Origin: Candidatus Levyibacteriota bacterium
GTDB lineage: Bacteria; Patescibacteriota; Microgenomatia; Levybacterales; UBA12049
Length of the DNA: 64,000 bases
Reading direction: 5' to 3'
Assembly (NCBI GenBank): GCA_049519175.1
Contig: JBEKQZ010000001.1
Coordinates: forward strand, 17,021 to 81,020
Part shown: positions 1 through 9,420 of the stretch, one piece after another
Layout: every line of letters begins with the position of its first letter
Position numbering within the stretch: position 1 is the first letter of the stretch
Program-made: the position numbers and the translations under genes
Notes under the pieces: model-generated
Told to the model about the DNA's origin: nothing
Databases searched by the model: none
What the model saw: the letters and a program-made list of their open reading frames with translations, nothing else

Positions 1-1050
1 TATAAAACCGCCAGCGTTTACCCGTTTCTCTTTCAGCTGGTCTTTAACCGCGGCATAAATCTTAAGCAGACGACCGACAACCGGATTAATATCCTGCTTC
101 TTGGTATTGGGGGAGGGAGTCATGACGGCCCTAATTTGACCGATACAATAATTCTTGCAAGTTTGGATCAAAAGAATGATAAAGTAACTCTTGTTTCCAT
201 TCCCAGAGATCTTTGGTTTCCGGATATTAGTCAAAAAGTTAACGCAGCCTATGCAAATGGAGAAGCACGAAAAAAAGGAGACGGGTTAATAGAAGCTGAA
301 GCCGCGATGGAAAAAGTAACAGGGCAAAATATTGATTATGGGATAAGATTAGATTTTTCCGGTTTTGTTAAGTCAGTAGATATTGTTGGGGGTTTGGATA
401 TTAATGTAGATAATACTTTTGACGATTATCAATATCCGATTGACGGAAAAGAAGATGATTCCTGCGGACATACCCCGGCAGAATTACAGTCTTTAGCTAA
501 CACTCCCGAAGATCAACTTCCTCAAGTATTTCCTTGTAGATATCTACATGTCCATTTCAATAAAGGACTAAACCATATGGACGGACAGACTGCTCTTGAA
601 TTTGTCAGATCCAGGCATGCATCTCAAGCAATTGAAGCCAGCGATTTTGCTAGAAGTAAAAGACAGGAAAAAGTAATTAAGGCATTTAAAGACAAAGTGT
701 TATCGACGCAAACTTTAATCAACCCCGGGAAATTAATTGGCCTCTATAATACTTTGCAAACTAGTATCGACACCGATATTAAACAAGATGAATTCGACGA
801 CTTTATTCGGTTGGCCGAAAAAATGAGGAATGCCAAAATCCAAAGCGTCGTAATCGACCAGGGAGACGATACCGTTGGGCGTCCTGGTCTTTTAATCAAT
901 CCACCAATGACCAGCGACTATAATTATTTATGGACGTTGATTCCAAGAACGGGAAACGGAAATTTTGCCGAAATCCAAAACTATATCTCCTGCGAGATCG
1001 TCAAGGGAAATTGTGTAGTCTCTAAATCCCCCTCAGCGGCTTTCAAATAG
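1..1050 (+). CDS. LytR-CpsA-Psr (LCP) family cell-envelope glycopolymer phosphotransferase; 5' end lies upstream of the window
   Basis: Frame 1 is open from nt 1. Translation ...NRINILLLGIGGGSHDGPNLTDTIILASLD...VSIPRDLWF... carries the LCP core motifs, so the ORF-track Met at 136 is internal. Stop at 1050. Confidence 0.8.
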   Translation, partial: YKTASVYPFLFQLVFNRGINLKQTTDNRINILLLGIGGGSHDGPNLTDTIILASLDQKNDKVTLVSIPRDLWFPDISQKVNAAYANGEARKKGDGLIEAEAAMEKVTGQNIDYGIRLDFSGFVKSVDIVGGLDINVDNTFDDYQYPIDGKEDDSCGHTPAELQSLANTPEDQLPQVFPCRYLHVHFNKGLNHMDGQTALEFVRSRHASQAIEASDFARSKRQEKVIKAFKDKVLSTQTLINPGKLIGLYNTLQTSIDTDIKQDEFDDFIRLAEKMRNAKIQSVVIDQGDDTVGRPGLLINPPMTSDYNYLWTLIPRTGNGNFAEIQNYISCEIVKGNCVVSKSPSAAFK

Positions 1051-3172
1051 TGATTTTGTAAAGTCTTGTTTGCCCGCTTTCAAAAATAATTTTGCCAAGT
1101 TTTGCAAAAGTTTGTTCATTTAGATTAGGATATTTTTCTCTCTCCAGTTCGGAAACAACCACATAGGAAACATTATATTTTTTAAGCAAACTCTTTGCGA
1201 CAGAAAGATTTTGAGTAGTATATAAAGTTTGCACGTCGGCGATTCTTGGCGCGACAATGTCATAAGTTCCCCGCCAAAGCCATTCATGGACAGACCAACC
1301 GATGACTGTCGGCAGTCCGGTGTTGGCGGAAATTCTGGCGTAATCGGTATATGAGTCTCCGCTTGCTTCCAGAATCACGGGTTGCCCCTGGATATTTGCA
1401 TTTAGCCAATTTATCAGTTTATAGTCATTCGGATACAAAGTGGAGAGATAGGTTATCCCGTCCAGACTTTTATTTTTGGTTTGCAAGTTGTTGTAGTACG
1501 AGTTAATGGCAAAAACCGGATAAAGTATTAAAACCAAAGAAAGAAGCATTAAACTTACTAGAGAAAAGGGGATTAAAATTCTCTTTCTTTTTATGCCGGA
1601 AATTAATTTTACTAAGATATATCCGGAGGATAAAGAAAGCAAGATAAACGCTTCGTAAACCAGTTTAAACATTGTATTAGCGCGGTAATAATCCGGATAG
1701 ATATCTTTAACATAAATAAATTCGGGAATTAAAATTAAGATTGTCGATAAGGAAATTAACATTAAAACGAAGATATCATTTCTGGTGAATGTGTATTTTT
1801 TCTTAAATTTAAGGAAAAATAAAAATGAAACAACAAAGAAGTAGAAAAAACCATAGAGTAGAACAAATTGCCAAAAAGGCGTTCTCTGACAATGGTTGGT
1901 TTCAAAAAGAAAAGGTCCAAGTCTGCCGATGTTAGTTAGAAATGACGGAGCGCACAAAACGCCGATGCCCGAAACAAAAGGTTTAAAGTTAAGGCTAAAA
2001 GGTAAGGAGAAAACTATAAATCCGAAAAATATGATTAAGCTTTGTTTTAACAGCTGGTAAAAGGAATGCTGCGAAAAAAGCCAACGCTGTTCTTTGTAAA
2101 AATTGGAGACAAAAAGAAGCATCAATGTCAGTAAGAAATAGATCGGACCATCCCAAGCGTTAGTCATATACATTATGGCAAAAAGAAAGGCCAGAAGAAT
2201 TAAATTCCAGGTAAATATCTTTTTATTATTCAAAAGGACAAAAATAACCAAAATTGTTAAAAGAACAAAAGGAATGTCTAGGACATGTCCGTGCAAATCG
2301 GAGACAACAAAAGAATAAATGGGGAATTCGTGAATAGTATGGTAGATAAATCTGGTAGCGTTAGGATACCAGTAGCTATTCGGAAAGCTGAAAGGTAAAA
2401 AGGGCAATTGCCAAAAAGGAATTGGGCTATCCGCGGGAGTGTATGGCTTAAAAAAAGCGTAAATGGTGGTGAGGTTTCCGCCTAAGGTTACCAAAAGCGC
2501 GGGGATTAAACCGGCAATAACAGACTTGATAGAAACATTAATCTTCGCAAACAGGTTTGTACCGATCGAAAATGCGGCGGTAAACGTCAGAGCAAAAAGA
2601 GTAGCCAACATCAAATTATAGGTAATAAAGGAAGGAAGAAAACTCAACTTTGTCAAAACGGCAGTAACCAAATGCCCAAAGAAATAATAGTTAATGGCCA
2701 AAGGGGCATACCACATATCTTTAGGAGGGAAGTAGCTACTGCGAAGAATGGAATTTAAAAATCCAAAATCCATAAACTTTTCCAGTCCATGAATGTCGGG
2801 ATTATTAGCTCTAACATATGACCAACAAATGAGTCCTGCTAAAAAGATTACTTCTTCGAGTAAAAACATTCTGACATTTTTTTTCAAGATTGGCAGCAAA
2901 TGTTTTTTCTTCATAATAAAGACGCCGTAATTTATCAAGAAAAAGATAATTACAGATAAGAACACCGAAAATTCGGAGAACGGAAGAATTTTTAGAGTCC
3001 CCATCAAGAAGACAAAATAAGAAACTATTGCAATGCCGATTATTTTTGCAAAAATATAACCTTTATCTTTAAGCTCTGCAAAAACCGAAAACGTTAATGG
3101 AAGAAATGCCGTTCCGACCAAAAAGAAAACCAAGAACCATTTTAAAACATCTGTAATATCCGAAACTGACAT
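1043..3172 (-). CDS. Large polytopic membrane protein with >12 TM helices and a C-terminal extracytoplasmic domain; DUF2298/YYY-like putative polyprenyl-phosphate-dependent glycosyltransferase
   Basis: 709 aa. N-terminal half is almost entirely hydrophobic helices. C-terminal soluble domain ...QPVILEASGDSYTDYARISANTGLPTVIGWSVHEWLWRG... resembles the DUF2298 family. 17-nt gap to the downstream GT-C gene, same strand. Confidence 0.55.
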   Translation of the reverse strand: MSVSDITDVLKWFLVFFLVGTAFLPLTFSVFAELKDKGYIFAKIIGIAIVSYFVFLMGTLKILPFSEFSVFLSVIIFFLINYGVFIMKKKHLLPILKKNVRMFLLEEVIFLAGLICWSYVRANNPDIHGLEKFMDFGFLNSILRSSYFPPKDMWYAPLAINYYFFGHLVTAVLTKLSFLPSFITYNLMLATLFALTFTAAFSIGTNLFAKINVSIKSVIAGLIPALLVTLGGNLTTIYAFFKPYTPADSPIPFWQLPFLPFSFPNSYWYPNATRFIYHTIHEFPIYSFVVSDLHGHVLDIPFVLLTILVIFVLLNNKKIFTWNLILLAFLFAIMYMTNAWDGPIYFLLTLMLLFVSNFYKEQRWLFSQHSFYQLLKQSLIIFFGFIVFSLPFSLNFKPFVSGIGVLCAPSFLTNIGRLGPFLFETNHCQRTPFWQFVLLYGFFYFFVVSFLFFLKFKKKYTFTRNDIFVLMLISLSTILILIPEFIYVKDIYPDYYRANTMFKLVYEAFILLSLSSGYILVKLISGIKRKRILIPFSLVSLMLLSLVLILYPVFAINSYYNNLQTKNKSLDGITYLSTLYPNDYKLINWLNANIQGQPVILEASGDSYTDYARISANTGLPTVIGWSVHEWLWRGTYDIVAPRIADVQTLYTTQNLSVAKSLLKKYNVSYVVVSELEREKYPNLNEQTFAKLGKIIFESGQTRLYKITI

Positions 3173-3189
3173 AAGCTATTTTAGCAATT

Positions 3190-4848
3190 TTACTCTTTAT
3201 TTAAAATTTGTGTCAATTGCTGTGCGTTAAAATGCCCAATGTTTTTAAAAATTATAACTTTTGGATGATCGTAAACTTGGAATGTTTCCTCACTGGCGTC
3301 ATCATTAATTGTTAAACCGAAAATAGCAGGATAAGAAGTAAATTGCGCTACTTCCCGATAGCCTAATTTACCGGCAAATAATAATTTATAATATTTGCTG
3401 GTAATCGGATATTTATCGGTAAGATGAATTAAAGTTCCGTAAAGACGGCGACTATTAAAAATCAAATAACTGGAGCTACTTAAGTTTGCCGCTAAATATT
3501 CAACTTTTGCTGCATTATCGGCATCATACATTGCCAGCGACGTAATTTGGTATTGGCTAGGACTAAATTCCGCGATTGGAATCGGTAAACCATCATCCCA
3601 CTGCTCATTCAAAATTTTTGTCCCATAAGGAATAGTTTGGTAGATCCATTCGGATGCCAGGATTCTGGTCTGGGGTCTGGTATAAATTGAAAAAAATGCC
3701 AGGGCCCAAACTACAGTGGCCGTAACCGTGCCGAAAATTAATAAGTTTCCCAATAATTTCAGTTTCAATCTTATTCTCATTAGTAAAATTGCCGCTGAAA
3801 CCAAAAGGAACGGAATTATGGGAATCATATAGCGAACAAATTTGGTATGCCAAGAGCCGACGTAGAGAAAATAAATCAAAGGAAGCACTAAAAATACTAA
3901 AAGTTGTTTATCGCGCTTTTGAAGCGCTTCAAAGATAACAAAAACAAAACCGAAAATACAAAAAATTGCCGCTAGGCCGATTTGCCAGAAGAAATTATAA
4001 ATTTGAAAAAGATAGGGAATAGTATGGTCAAACTGCAAAGTATAAACGACCGGCAAAGAGCCGGTGGCAACTCCGGATTCATAGACCATTGATTCCATAA
4101 ATTTGCCAAAGTCAAGAAAGGTAAAGGGAGAAAAGATTGCAAAGACTGTAAAAGAGATTAACAAAAAGGCAATAATGTGAAGAATGATTTTTTTGAATTC
4201 ATGTTTTTTCCCAATCGTTGTCAGTAAATAAGCAAGGATTGGCATGACAATAAAAATTATCGCCGATGTTTTTGAAGCAATTCCTATCCCAAAAATAATG
4301 CCCAAAATTAATGTTATCAACCAACGGGATTTCTCTAAAAACAAAATTGAAAGAAGACAGAGTAAAACTCCAATCAAAGTGATTAAGCTTTCGGTGACTC
4401 CGAAATGAGCAGTTTGGATAGAAGTGACGGTAAAAGCGTATAAAATAATTGACAAGAAAGCAGTTTTCTTATCCGAAATTTTTTTGGCAAGAAAATATAA
4501 GGGAATTATTGTCAGCGTTGAAAATAGAGCGGAAAAAAATCGACCAATAAGATTAATGTTGGCCCAATTAGTTGTCCAACCGGCGTTTTTGGTTATAAAA
4601 GAAAGCGAATCTCCCGCCAGACGATAGAGATAAATGGAAAAACCGCCATAAGCAAAAAAATGCGGATTTAATTGCGAAAAAAAATGTATCTGTGAAACTG
4701 CGTTGGCGATATTTCTTTCGTCCGGATGGAAATAATTTCCCATGTCCCAGTTCAAATTATAAAAACGGAAAATTCCCGCCAAAAATGTTAAAGCAAGGAA
4801 GAAAAATAAGGTATTAAATTTTTTATCCAGGATTATTCTTTTAAACAT
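3190..4848 (-). CDS. GT-C fold membrane glycosyltransferase (ArnT/PMT-like, family 39/83 type)
   Basis: 552 aa, multi-TM. FHPDE acidic motif in the first extracytoplasmic loop. C-terminal soluble domain. Overlaps the upstream gene by 8 nt. Confidence 0.6.
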   Translation of the reverse strand: MFKRIILDKKFNTLFFFLALTFLAGIFRFYNLNWDMGNYFHPDERNIANAVSQIHFFSQLNPHFFAYGGFSIYLYRLAGDSLSFITKNAGWTTNWANINLIGRFFSALFSTLTIIPLYFLAKKISDKKTAFLSIILYAFTVTSIQTAHFGVTESLITLIGVLLCLLSILFLEKSRWLITLILGIIFGIGIASKTSAIIFIVMPILAYLLTTIGKKHEFKKIILHIIAFLLISFTVFAIFSPFTFLDFGKFMESMVYESGVATGSLPVVYTLQFDHTIPYLFQIYNFFWQIGLAAIFCIFGFVFVIFEALQKRDKQLLVFLVLPLIYFLYVGSWHTKFVRYMIPIIPFLLVSAAILLMRIRLKLKLLGNLLIFGTVTATVVWALAFFSIYTRPQTRILASEWIYQTIPYGTKILNEQWDDGLPIPIAEFSPSQYQITSLAMYDADNAAKVEYLAANLSSSSYLIFNSRRLYGTLIHLTDKYPITSKYYKLLFAGKLGYREVAQFTSYPAIFGLTINDDASEETFQVYDHPKVIIFKNIGHFNAQQLTQILNKE

Positions 4849-6127
4849 CTGTAAAAATTTCCCTCACAACTTTTTGTCCGTATTCAACAGCGTAATTTGT
4901 ACCTCTGTCCCAAGGATAAACTTGTTCCATGTTGGCCAAAAAAACATTTTTCATGGGAGTTCTAAATGGAGGAACTAACTTCGAATAATTGGTTAGAATA
5001 ATTGACTGGGCAAAAGGTGTCTTAAAAAGAGAATAGTCTATTAAGTTTTTTTTGTAGTTGGGATTCATTTTTAACAGGAATGGATGAAATAGTTTTAGAG
5101 TTTCCTCTTTTGTCATGGAGAAACGTTTTGAATCTTGGGGTAAATAATTGCCAAGATAGAGAAGGGACTCATTGTTATAATTTTTTTTGTCCATAAAATT
5201 TGTGTGTTCAACGACAGCCATAATGGGATTATTTGGGTCACAGATATTAAGCCAATATGTGTTGTCTGTTAAAAAAGGTTTGGTAAGTCTTAAAATCAGA
5301 TTTGTGGCTCCGAGACTTTTTAAATTTCCCAGACTTTTCCTATAATCTTTTGGAAGACTTGGCGCTATCTGCAAGAAGATAGTAGAGGGAACGGTGACGA
5401 TAACTTTATCGAACAATCCTTTTTTAGTTTTCCCGTTTTTGTTTTTAATTGTTAATAATATTTTGTCATCTTCTTCAAGTTCGGTAATTTCCGTCTCAAG
5501 CAAAACTTTACCGCCCTTTTTTTCTATTTCGTTTGTTATTTTTTTTGCAAAGTTTAAAAAACCTCCCTCGGGGTAAGCAAGAGTTGGGGTTCTTTTTATA
5601 ATTCTGGCCCAAAACCAAGCAAGAGAAATATTATTAGAATAAGGGCCGAATTTATTTTTAAAAAGAGGTTCCCAGATCATCCGGTATCCTTTTTCCCCCA
5701 TAGCTTTAGGTAAAAAACTTGCGGCATTAATCTTTTCAAGGGGTTTCCAAATAGGATTATAACGAAGAAATCCAACTGCAAGCCCCATACGCATGCGTTC
5801 TATTAAAGAAAGCTTAGGGAACAAAAGCACGCTCTTTGGAGAATCAAACTGAAAACTTTTTCCATTTACATATACAGAAGTTTTAGGCCGTTTAATTAAT
5901 ACATTTTGTCCAACTGCTTTAGCCAAATTCAAGATGAACTTATCATTTGTAAACCAATGATGATAGTGTTGTTCTAAGTTCCAATCCCATCCTGACTCTT
6001 TAAACCCGAGCACAAGACCACCGGGTATTTTTTCTTTCTCAAATACAATAACTTCATGGTCTTTTTTTAAGAGTTCAAGAGTAGCCGAGAGGCCGGTAAA
6101 GCCGGCGCCGATTATTGCAATTTTCAT
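4841..6127 (-). CDS. FAD-dependent flavoenzyme of the UDP-galactopyranose mutase (Glf/UGM) family
   Basis: N-terminal Rossmann motif MKIAIIGAGFTGL...EKEKIPGG. ...HHWFTNDKFILNL... matches the UGM HIFHTNDKYIW block, ...AVVEHTNF... matches RIIEHKHF, and there is a C-terminal Y/W-rich block. 4-nt overlaps on both sides. Confidence 0.5.
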   Translation of the reverse strand: MKIAIIGAGFTGLSATLELLKKDHEVIVFEKEKIPGGLVLGFKESGWDWNLEQHYHHWFTNDKFILNLAKAVGQNVLIKRPKTSVYVNGKSFQFDSPKSVLLFPKLSLIERMRMGLAVGFLRYNPIWKPLEKINAASFLPKAMGEKGYRMIWEPLFKNKFGPYSNNISLAWFWARIIKRTPTLAYPEGGFLNFAKKITNEIEKKGGKVLLETEITELEEDDKILLTIKNKNGKTKKGLFDKVIVTVPSTIFLQIAPSLPKDYRKSLGNLKSLGATNLILRLTKPFLTDNTYWLNICDPNNPIMAVVEHTNFMDKKNYNNESLLYLGNYLPQDSKRFSMTKEETLKLFHPFLLKMNPNYKKNLIDYSLFKTPFAQSIILTNYSKLVPPFRTPMKNVFLANMEQVYPWDRGTNYAVEYGQKVVREIFTDV

Positions 6128-7548
6128 AGAGCGGAAATGCCGCCGTGGGACAGAAGAAAAAGAAGTCCACCTGTTAATGTGACTATAACGCCGACAATTC
6201 CAACTGTGATTATAGAAGGATTCCCGGTTGGGGGCAATAGTTTACCGGTTGGGCTAATTATAATCCCCCCTTTAGTTTCTGTTTGAGCAGGCGAAATCGT
6301 TGGCGTCGTGGTCTTAAATGGCGCGGAAGTTACTGTTGGCGTTACGGTTGGAGACAAAATTACCGTTGGCGTGACCTTTGGCGTTAGTGTTGGACTTGGT
6401 GTTAAGATAACGCTTGGTGTTGGTGTCACGGATGGCGCTGGCGGATTAGTTTGTTGCCCCGCGGCATAAACCACAAAGGACTGAGTAATAGTTTGTAAAA
6501 TTCCAGAAGCATTTTTGGTAGTAATGGCAATGGTATGATTCCCGGGCGTTAGCGGAGTGGTTGGCCGATAACTCCAATCTCCGTTGCTGTCGGTGGTGAC
6601 ACTGGTTTCTACCGGAGTGTCCGAGTGGATGACAATGTCAACATTTTGTTCGGGTAAGCCGGTGCCTTTAAATAAAGGTTGTTGGTCGGTAAAGCTCTGG
6701 TTTTCTTTGGGCGTCAGTATCTCAGGAGCTGGTGATTGCGCCGAAGCAGTACTTTCAAATGACGGAAAACTCTCCAAACTTACAGGAACAGTAATTGGGG
6801 ACTGGCCGGTTGTAAAATCGTAGTTTTTAGAAAGCGTAATTGTCGGTACAGGATGAATTTGGCTAAATGACAGCGAAGCATTGGATGAAAGTGAATTGCC
6901 TATCGCCAGAATTTTTACGCCGGCATCTTGGGGGAAAGCATAGTAAGTAGAATTATCACCGGTTCTTAAAGAATTAAGCGGTAAAATGTAGCTCCCGTCA
7001 GATTTAACTAAAGTCGAAATTACTTGTGCGCCATCCATAGTGACATACACTAGCGCTTCGCTTGGCGCTGTTCCGTCGGGAAGAATTATGTTGCCCGTTA
7101 TCGGTGCCTGGCCCGGCGGATTTGCTAAGGCCGGACCCGTCGTAACCGTAAAAGGCTGACCGTTGTTTGAGTAGCTATCTTGTCCGCTGGTAATTGTAAA
7201 AAAGTATTGCGTCTGTTGGGACAAACGCTGGACGGTAATGTTATGAATATTATAATTTGCCAAATTGCCGCTTTGTTGGTCCCTGTCATCTAATGCCGAT
7301 TGTCCAAGACTCTGGTCTTTTCCGTAATTTAGAGAACCCGGCACCTGAGTATTTGTTGAATAAGAAACGGTAAAAGAAGTGTCGGTAATGTTAGTGATAC
7401 GGACATCGTTGGGCTGGTTGGAAAGGCTGGCATTTGATTTAAAGAGCGTACTTTGATTAGCCAAAAAAGTGGTTACGCCAACGCCAATAACGATAATAAG
7501 AATACCTAAAATGGTCGGAATTTTTTTGTTCCAAAAACTTTCTCTCAT
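6124..7548 (-). CDS. Secreted multi-domain surface protein (FN3-like, carboxypeptidase-regulatory-like and Ig-like domains, Pro/Thr linker) ending in an LPPTG sortase-type sorting signal plus TM segment
   Basis: N-terminal signal anchor. ITNITDTSFTVSYST (FN3-like). ITGNIILPDGTAPSEALVYVTMDG...SDGSYILPL (CarboxypepD_reg-like). TPTPSVILTPSPTLTPKVTPT linker. C-terminus ...KLLPPTGNPSIITVGIVGVIVTLTGGLLFLLSHGGISAL. Confidence 0.75.
   Translation of the reverse strand: MRESFWNKKIPTILGILIIVIGVGVTTFLANQSTLFKSNASLSNQPNDVRITNITDTSFTVSYSTNTQVPGSLNYGKDQSLGQSALDDRDQQSGNLANYNIHNITVQRLSQQTQYFFTITSGQDSYSNNGQPFTVTTGPALANPPGQAPITGNIILPDGTAPSEALVYVTMDGAQVISTLVKSDGSYILPLNSLRTGDNSTYYAFPQDAGVKILAIGNSLSSNASLSFSQIHPVPTITLSKNYDFTTGQSPITVPVSLESFPSFESTASAQSPAPEILTPKENQSFTDQQPLFKGTGLPEQNVDIVIHSDTPVETSVTTDSNGDWSYRPTTPLTPGNHTIAITTKNASGILQTITQSFVVYAAGQQTNPPAPSVTPTPSVILTPSPTLTPKVTPTVILSPTVTPTVTSAPFKTTTPTISPAQTETKGGIIISPTGKLLPPTGNPSIITVGIVGVIVTLTGGLLFLLSHGGISAL
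6290..6450 (-). repeat. Imperfect short tandem repeats (GTTGGCGT-like units) encoding the Pro/Thr linker of the LPPTG surface protein (approximate bounds)
   Basis: Reiterated gttggcgt(t/g)ac / ggtgttgg units on the plus strand, encoding TPT(V/L)-type repeats on the minus strand. Confidence 0.5.
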
Positions 7549-7886
7549 GGTGTTAAGCTCCCTTCGGTTGTTGCTTGTAGATTGCTTGTCGAATTTCCAC
7601 TTGGAACAGGTGTTGGTGTAACGATTACCGGACTGGCGGACGGTGAAGCGGGAACAGTAACATTTTGCACTGGGACACTTAATTCATAAATTGGCGAAAC
7701 TTTTTCTCTGTTTTTTAAGCTATCAATAACACCGGTGTCAAAGTTTGGCGTTATCGGTTCAATCTGCACGCTTAAAGGGACAGAAATGGTCGAGGTAATA
7801 ATATTATGATAAATACTAAAGCCAATCCAAAGAATGGCAAAAATAAACAATGGGACAAGAATTAATAAAATATCATTTCGTTTCAT
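7545..7886 (-). CDS. Small single-TM protein with a Pro/Ser/Thr-rich tail, in the pilN-pilO operon (possible PilP-like accessory)
   Basis: 113 aa. N-terminal TM LLILVPLFIFAILWIGFSI. ATGA-type 4-nt overlap with the downstream LPPTG protein gene, and directly abuts pilO. Confidence 0.5.
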   Translation of the reverse strand: MKRNDILLILVPLFIFAILWIGFSIYHNIITSTISVPLSVQIEPITPNFDTGVIDSLKNREKVSPIYELSVPVQNVTVPASPSASPVIVTPTPVPSGNSTSNLQATTEGSLTP

Positions 7887-7887
7887 T

Positions 7888-8487
7888 TTATTGTTTAAAG
7901 AAAACTGTGCCGTTAAGACTTAATTGCAAATTGCCATTTTCGGTTGACAAAATTATCGCTTTTAAAGCCACCACTCTTTGAAAATTGGCGATTTGACTCA
8001 AAAAATTGAGAATATTTGGATAGGTTCCTGTAGCGGTGATCGTAAAATCAAAAGAAGATTGTTTTTGAGAGGATGATTGTAAAAGGGTAACTTCCGAGAT
8101 TTGGAAACTGGTAAGTGTCAAAGATGTGCTGTTGGCGATAGATTGCGCTTCCGCCACGAAAAGTGGGATTTGTGTTGTGGTGGGGACTGCGTCATTAACA
8201 ATTGGGAGATCGGGCGAAAGATTAGTATATTGCTGTTGCAAGATAGCTAGGTCGTTTATTTTTTGCTGCAGCTTTTGCTGGACAAAATTACTGTCATCAA
8301 TTTGTTTTTGCAGATTAGCAATGGTCGAAAAAGTCGGATTAATGGCAAAAAGACCAAGTATAATGGCCGTAACTAGAGTTAGAACAATGGTGATATATTT
8401 TTGCGTCTTTTCCTGTTTAAGATCCGGAATTAACGCCAAATATTTTTCATATTGTTCTTTTTTTATGGCTTTAATTTGCAGACGCAT
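7888..8487 (-). CDS. pilO: Type IV pilus assembly protein PilO-like
   Basis: 199 aa. Short cytoplasmic N-terminus, one TM (ITIVLTLVTAIILGLFAI), a Q-rich coiled coil, then a ferredoxin-like periplasmic region. Overlaps pilN by 17 nt. Confidence 0.55.
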   Translation of the reverse strand: MRLQIKAIKKEQYEKYLALIPDLKQEKTQKYITIVLTLVTAIILGLFAINPTFSTIANLQKQIDDSNFVQQKLQQKINDLAILQQQYTNLSPDLPIVNDAVPTTTQIPLFVAEAQSIANSTSLTLTSFQISEVTLLQSSSQKQSSFDFTITATGTYPNILNFLSQIANFQRVVALKAIILSTENGNLQLSLNGTVFFKQ

Positions 8488-9031
8488 TTATTCCTCCTTG
8501 TCCTTTAAGATTAGCTGTAATTCCAACGGTAATAGTCGCTTTGGCGGTATCGTTTTGGATTTTGTCTAGACTGACACTATCAATGGCAGGATAGGCTTTT
8601 AATTTATCGATAAAATCAGAAAGGGCAGTAACCGAATTAACGGTGGCGGCGATTTGCGCTTGAGTTGGAGATAAATCAAGGGTTGTATAGGTAACTCCGC
8701 TTGGTGTCAAAGCAACAATGTCCTTAAATACTTTCAAGTTTTGCGTGGAAGCTTTGGAAACGGAAGAAATTAACGCTAACCGGTCTTGTAAATTTCGGTA
8801 TTTGCTTTCGCTAGCGCTTTGATAGGCAACAATTGCCTGCTCTTGTTTTACTTTTGTGCGTAAATCCTGGAGCTGGTTGTCAAGCGAAAAACGGTATAAA
8901 AAAGCGCCAAGCGCCACCAGTTCGACAAGAATTACTAGGGCCCGGCCAATAGTTAATACCCAGGAAACAATCAAATCTAGCGTTTTATTCTTATTTTCCA
9001 ATAAATTAATAGAGGCAGAAAACTTCGCCAT
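8471..9031 (-). CDS. pilN: Type IV pilus assembly protein PilN
   Basis: 186 aa. N-terminal SINLLE (the conserved PilM-binding INLLP-type motif), a single TM, then a coiled coil. Confidence 0.65.
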   Translation of the reverse strand: MAKFSASINLLENKNKTLDLIVSWVLTIGRALVILVELVALGAFLYRFSLDNQLQDLRTKVKQEQAIVAYQSASESKYRNLQDRLALISSVSKASTQNLKVFKDIVALTPSGVTYTTLDLSPTQAQIAATVNSVTALSDFIDKLKAYPAIDSVSLDKIQNDTAKATITVGITANLKGQGGINASAN

Positions 9032-9040
9032 ACTAACTTT

Positions 9041-9069
9041 AGTCTATTGGTTTTTGAGGCTTTTGTCAA
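9041..9069 (-). promoter_or_regulatory. Sigma70-type promoter for the pilN-pilO-surface-glycan operon (TTGACA-17-TAGACT on the minus strand)
   Basis: On the minus strand: cTTGACAaaagcctcaaaaaccaaTAGACTaaagttagt ATG(pilN). Lies between the rpsT stop and the pilN start. Confidence 0.45.
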
Positions 9070-9081
9070 AGAAGAAATGAG

Positions 9082-9381
9082 CTATTTTTTGGTTTTGAGC
9101 TGTTTCTTTTTCACGACTGTCTTTTTAACAACTTTGGCTTTTGTGGTCGATTTGGATAGCTTACTAAGTCTTGATTTAATTCTGGCGGCTTTGTTTTTGT
9201 GGATTAAGCCTTTTTTAACCGCCTTATCAACCAAAGAAACGGCTCGCCTGACTTTTTCTGCGGTTTTGCTTTTTACCGCTTCTTTAACAGCGTCTTTAAA
9301 GGTTTCCCTTTGAAAATCATTTCTTTTTCGCCTTTTTTTATCCTGTCTCAATTTCTTTTTGGCTGATTTTATTACTGGCAT
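9082..9381 (-). CDS. rpsT: 30S ribosomal protein S20
   Basis: MPVIKSAKKKLRQ... with the ...GLIHKNKAAR... block typical of S20. Lys-rich C-terminal extension. Confidence 0.8.
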   Translation of the reverse strand: MPVIKSAKKKLRQDKKRRKRNDFQRETFKDAVKEAVKSKTAEKVRRAVSLVDKAVKKGLIHKNKAARIKSRLSKLSKSTTKAKVVKKTVVKKKQLKTKK

Positions 9382-9420
9382 GCGGGTATTTTAGCATGCT
9401 ATACTGTAAAAAACAACAAT

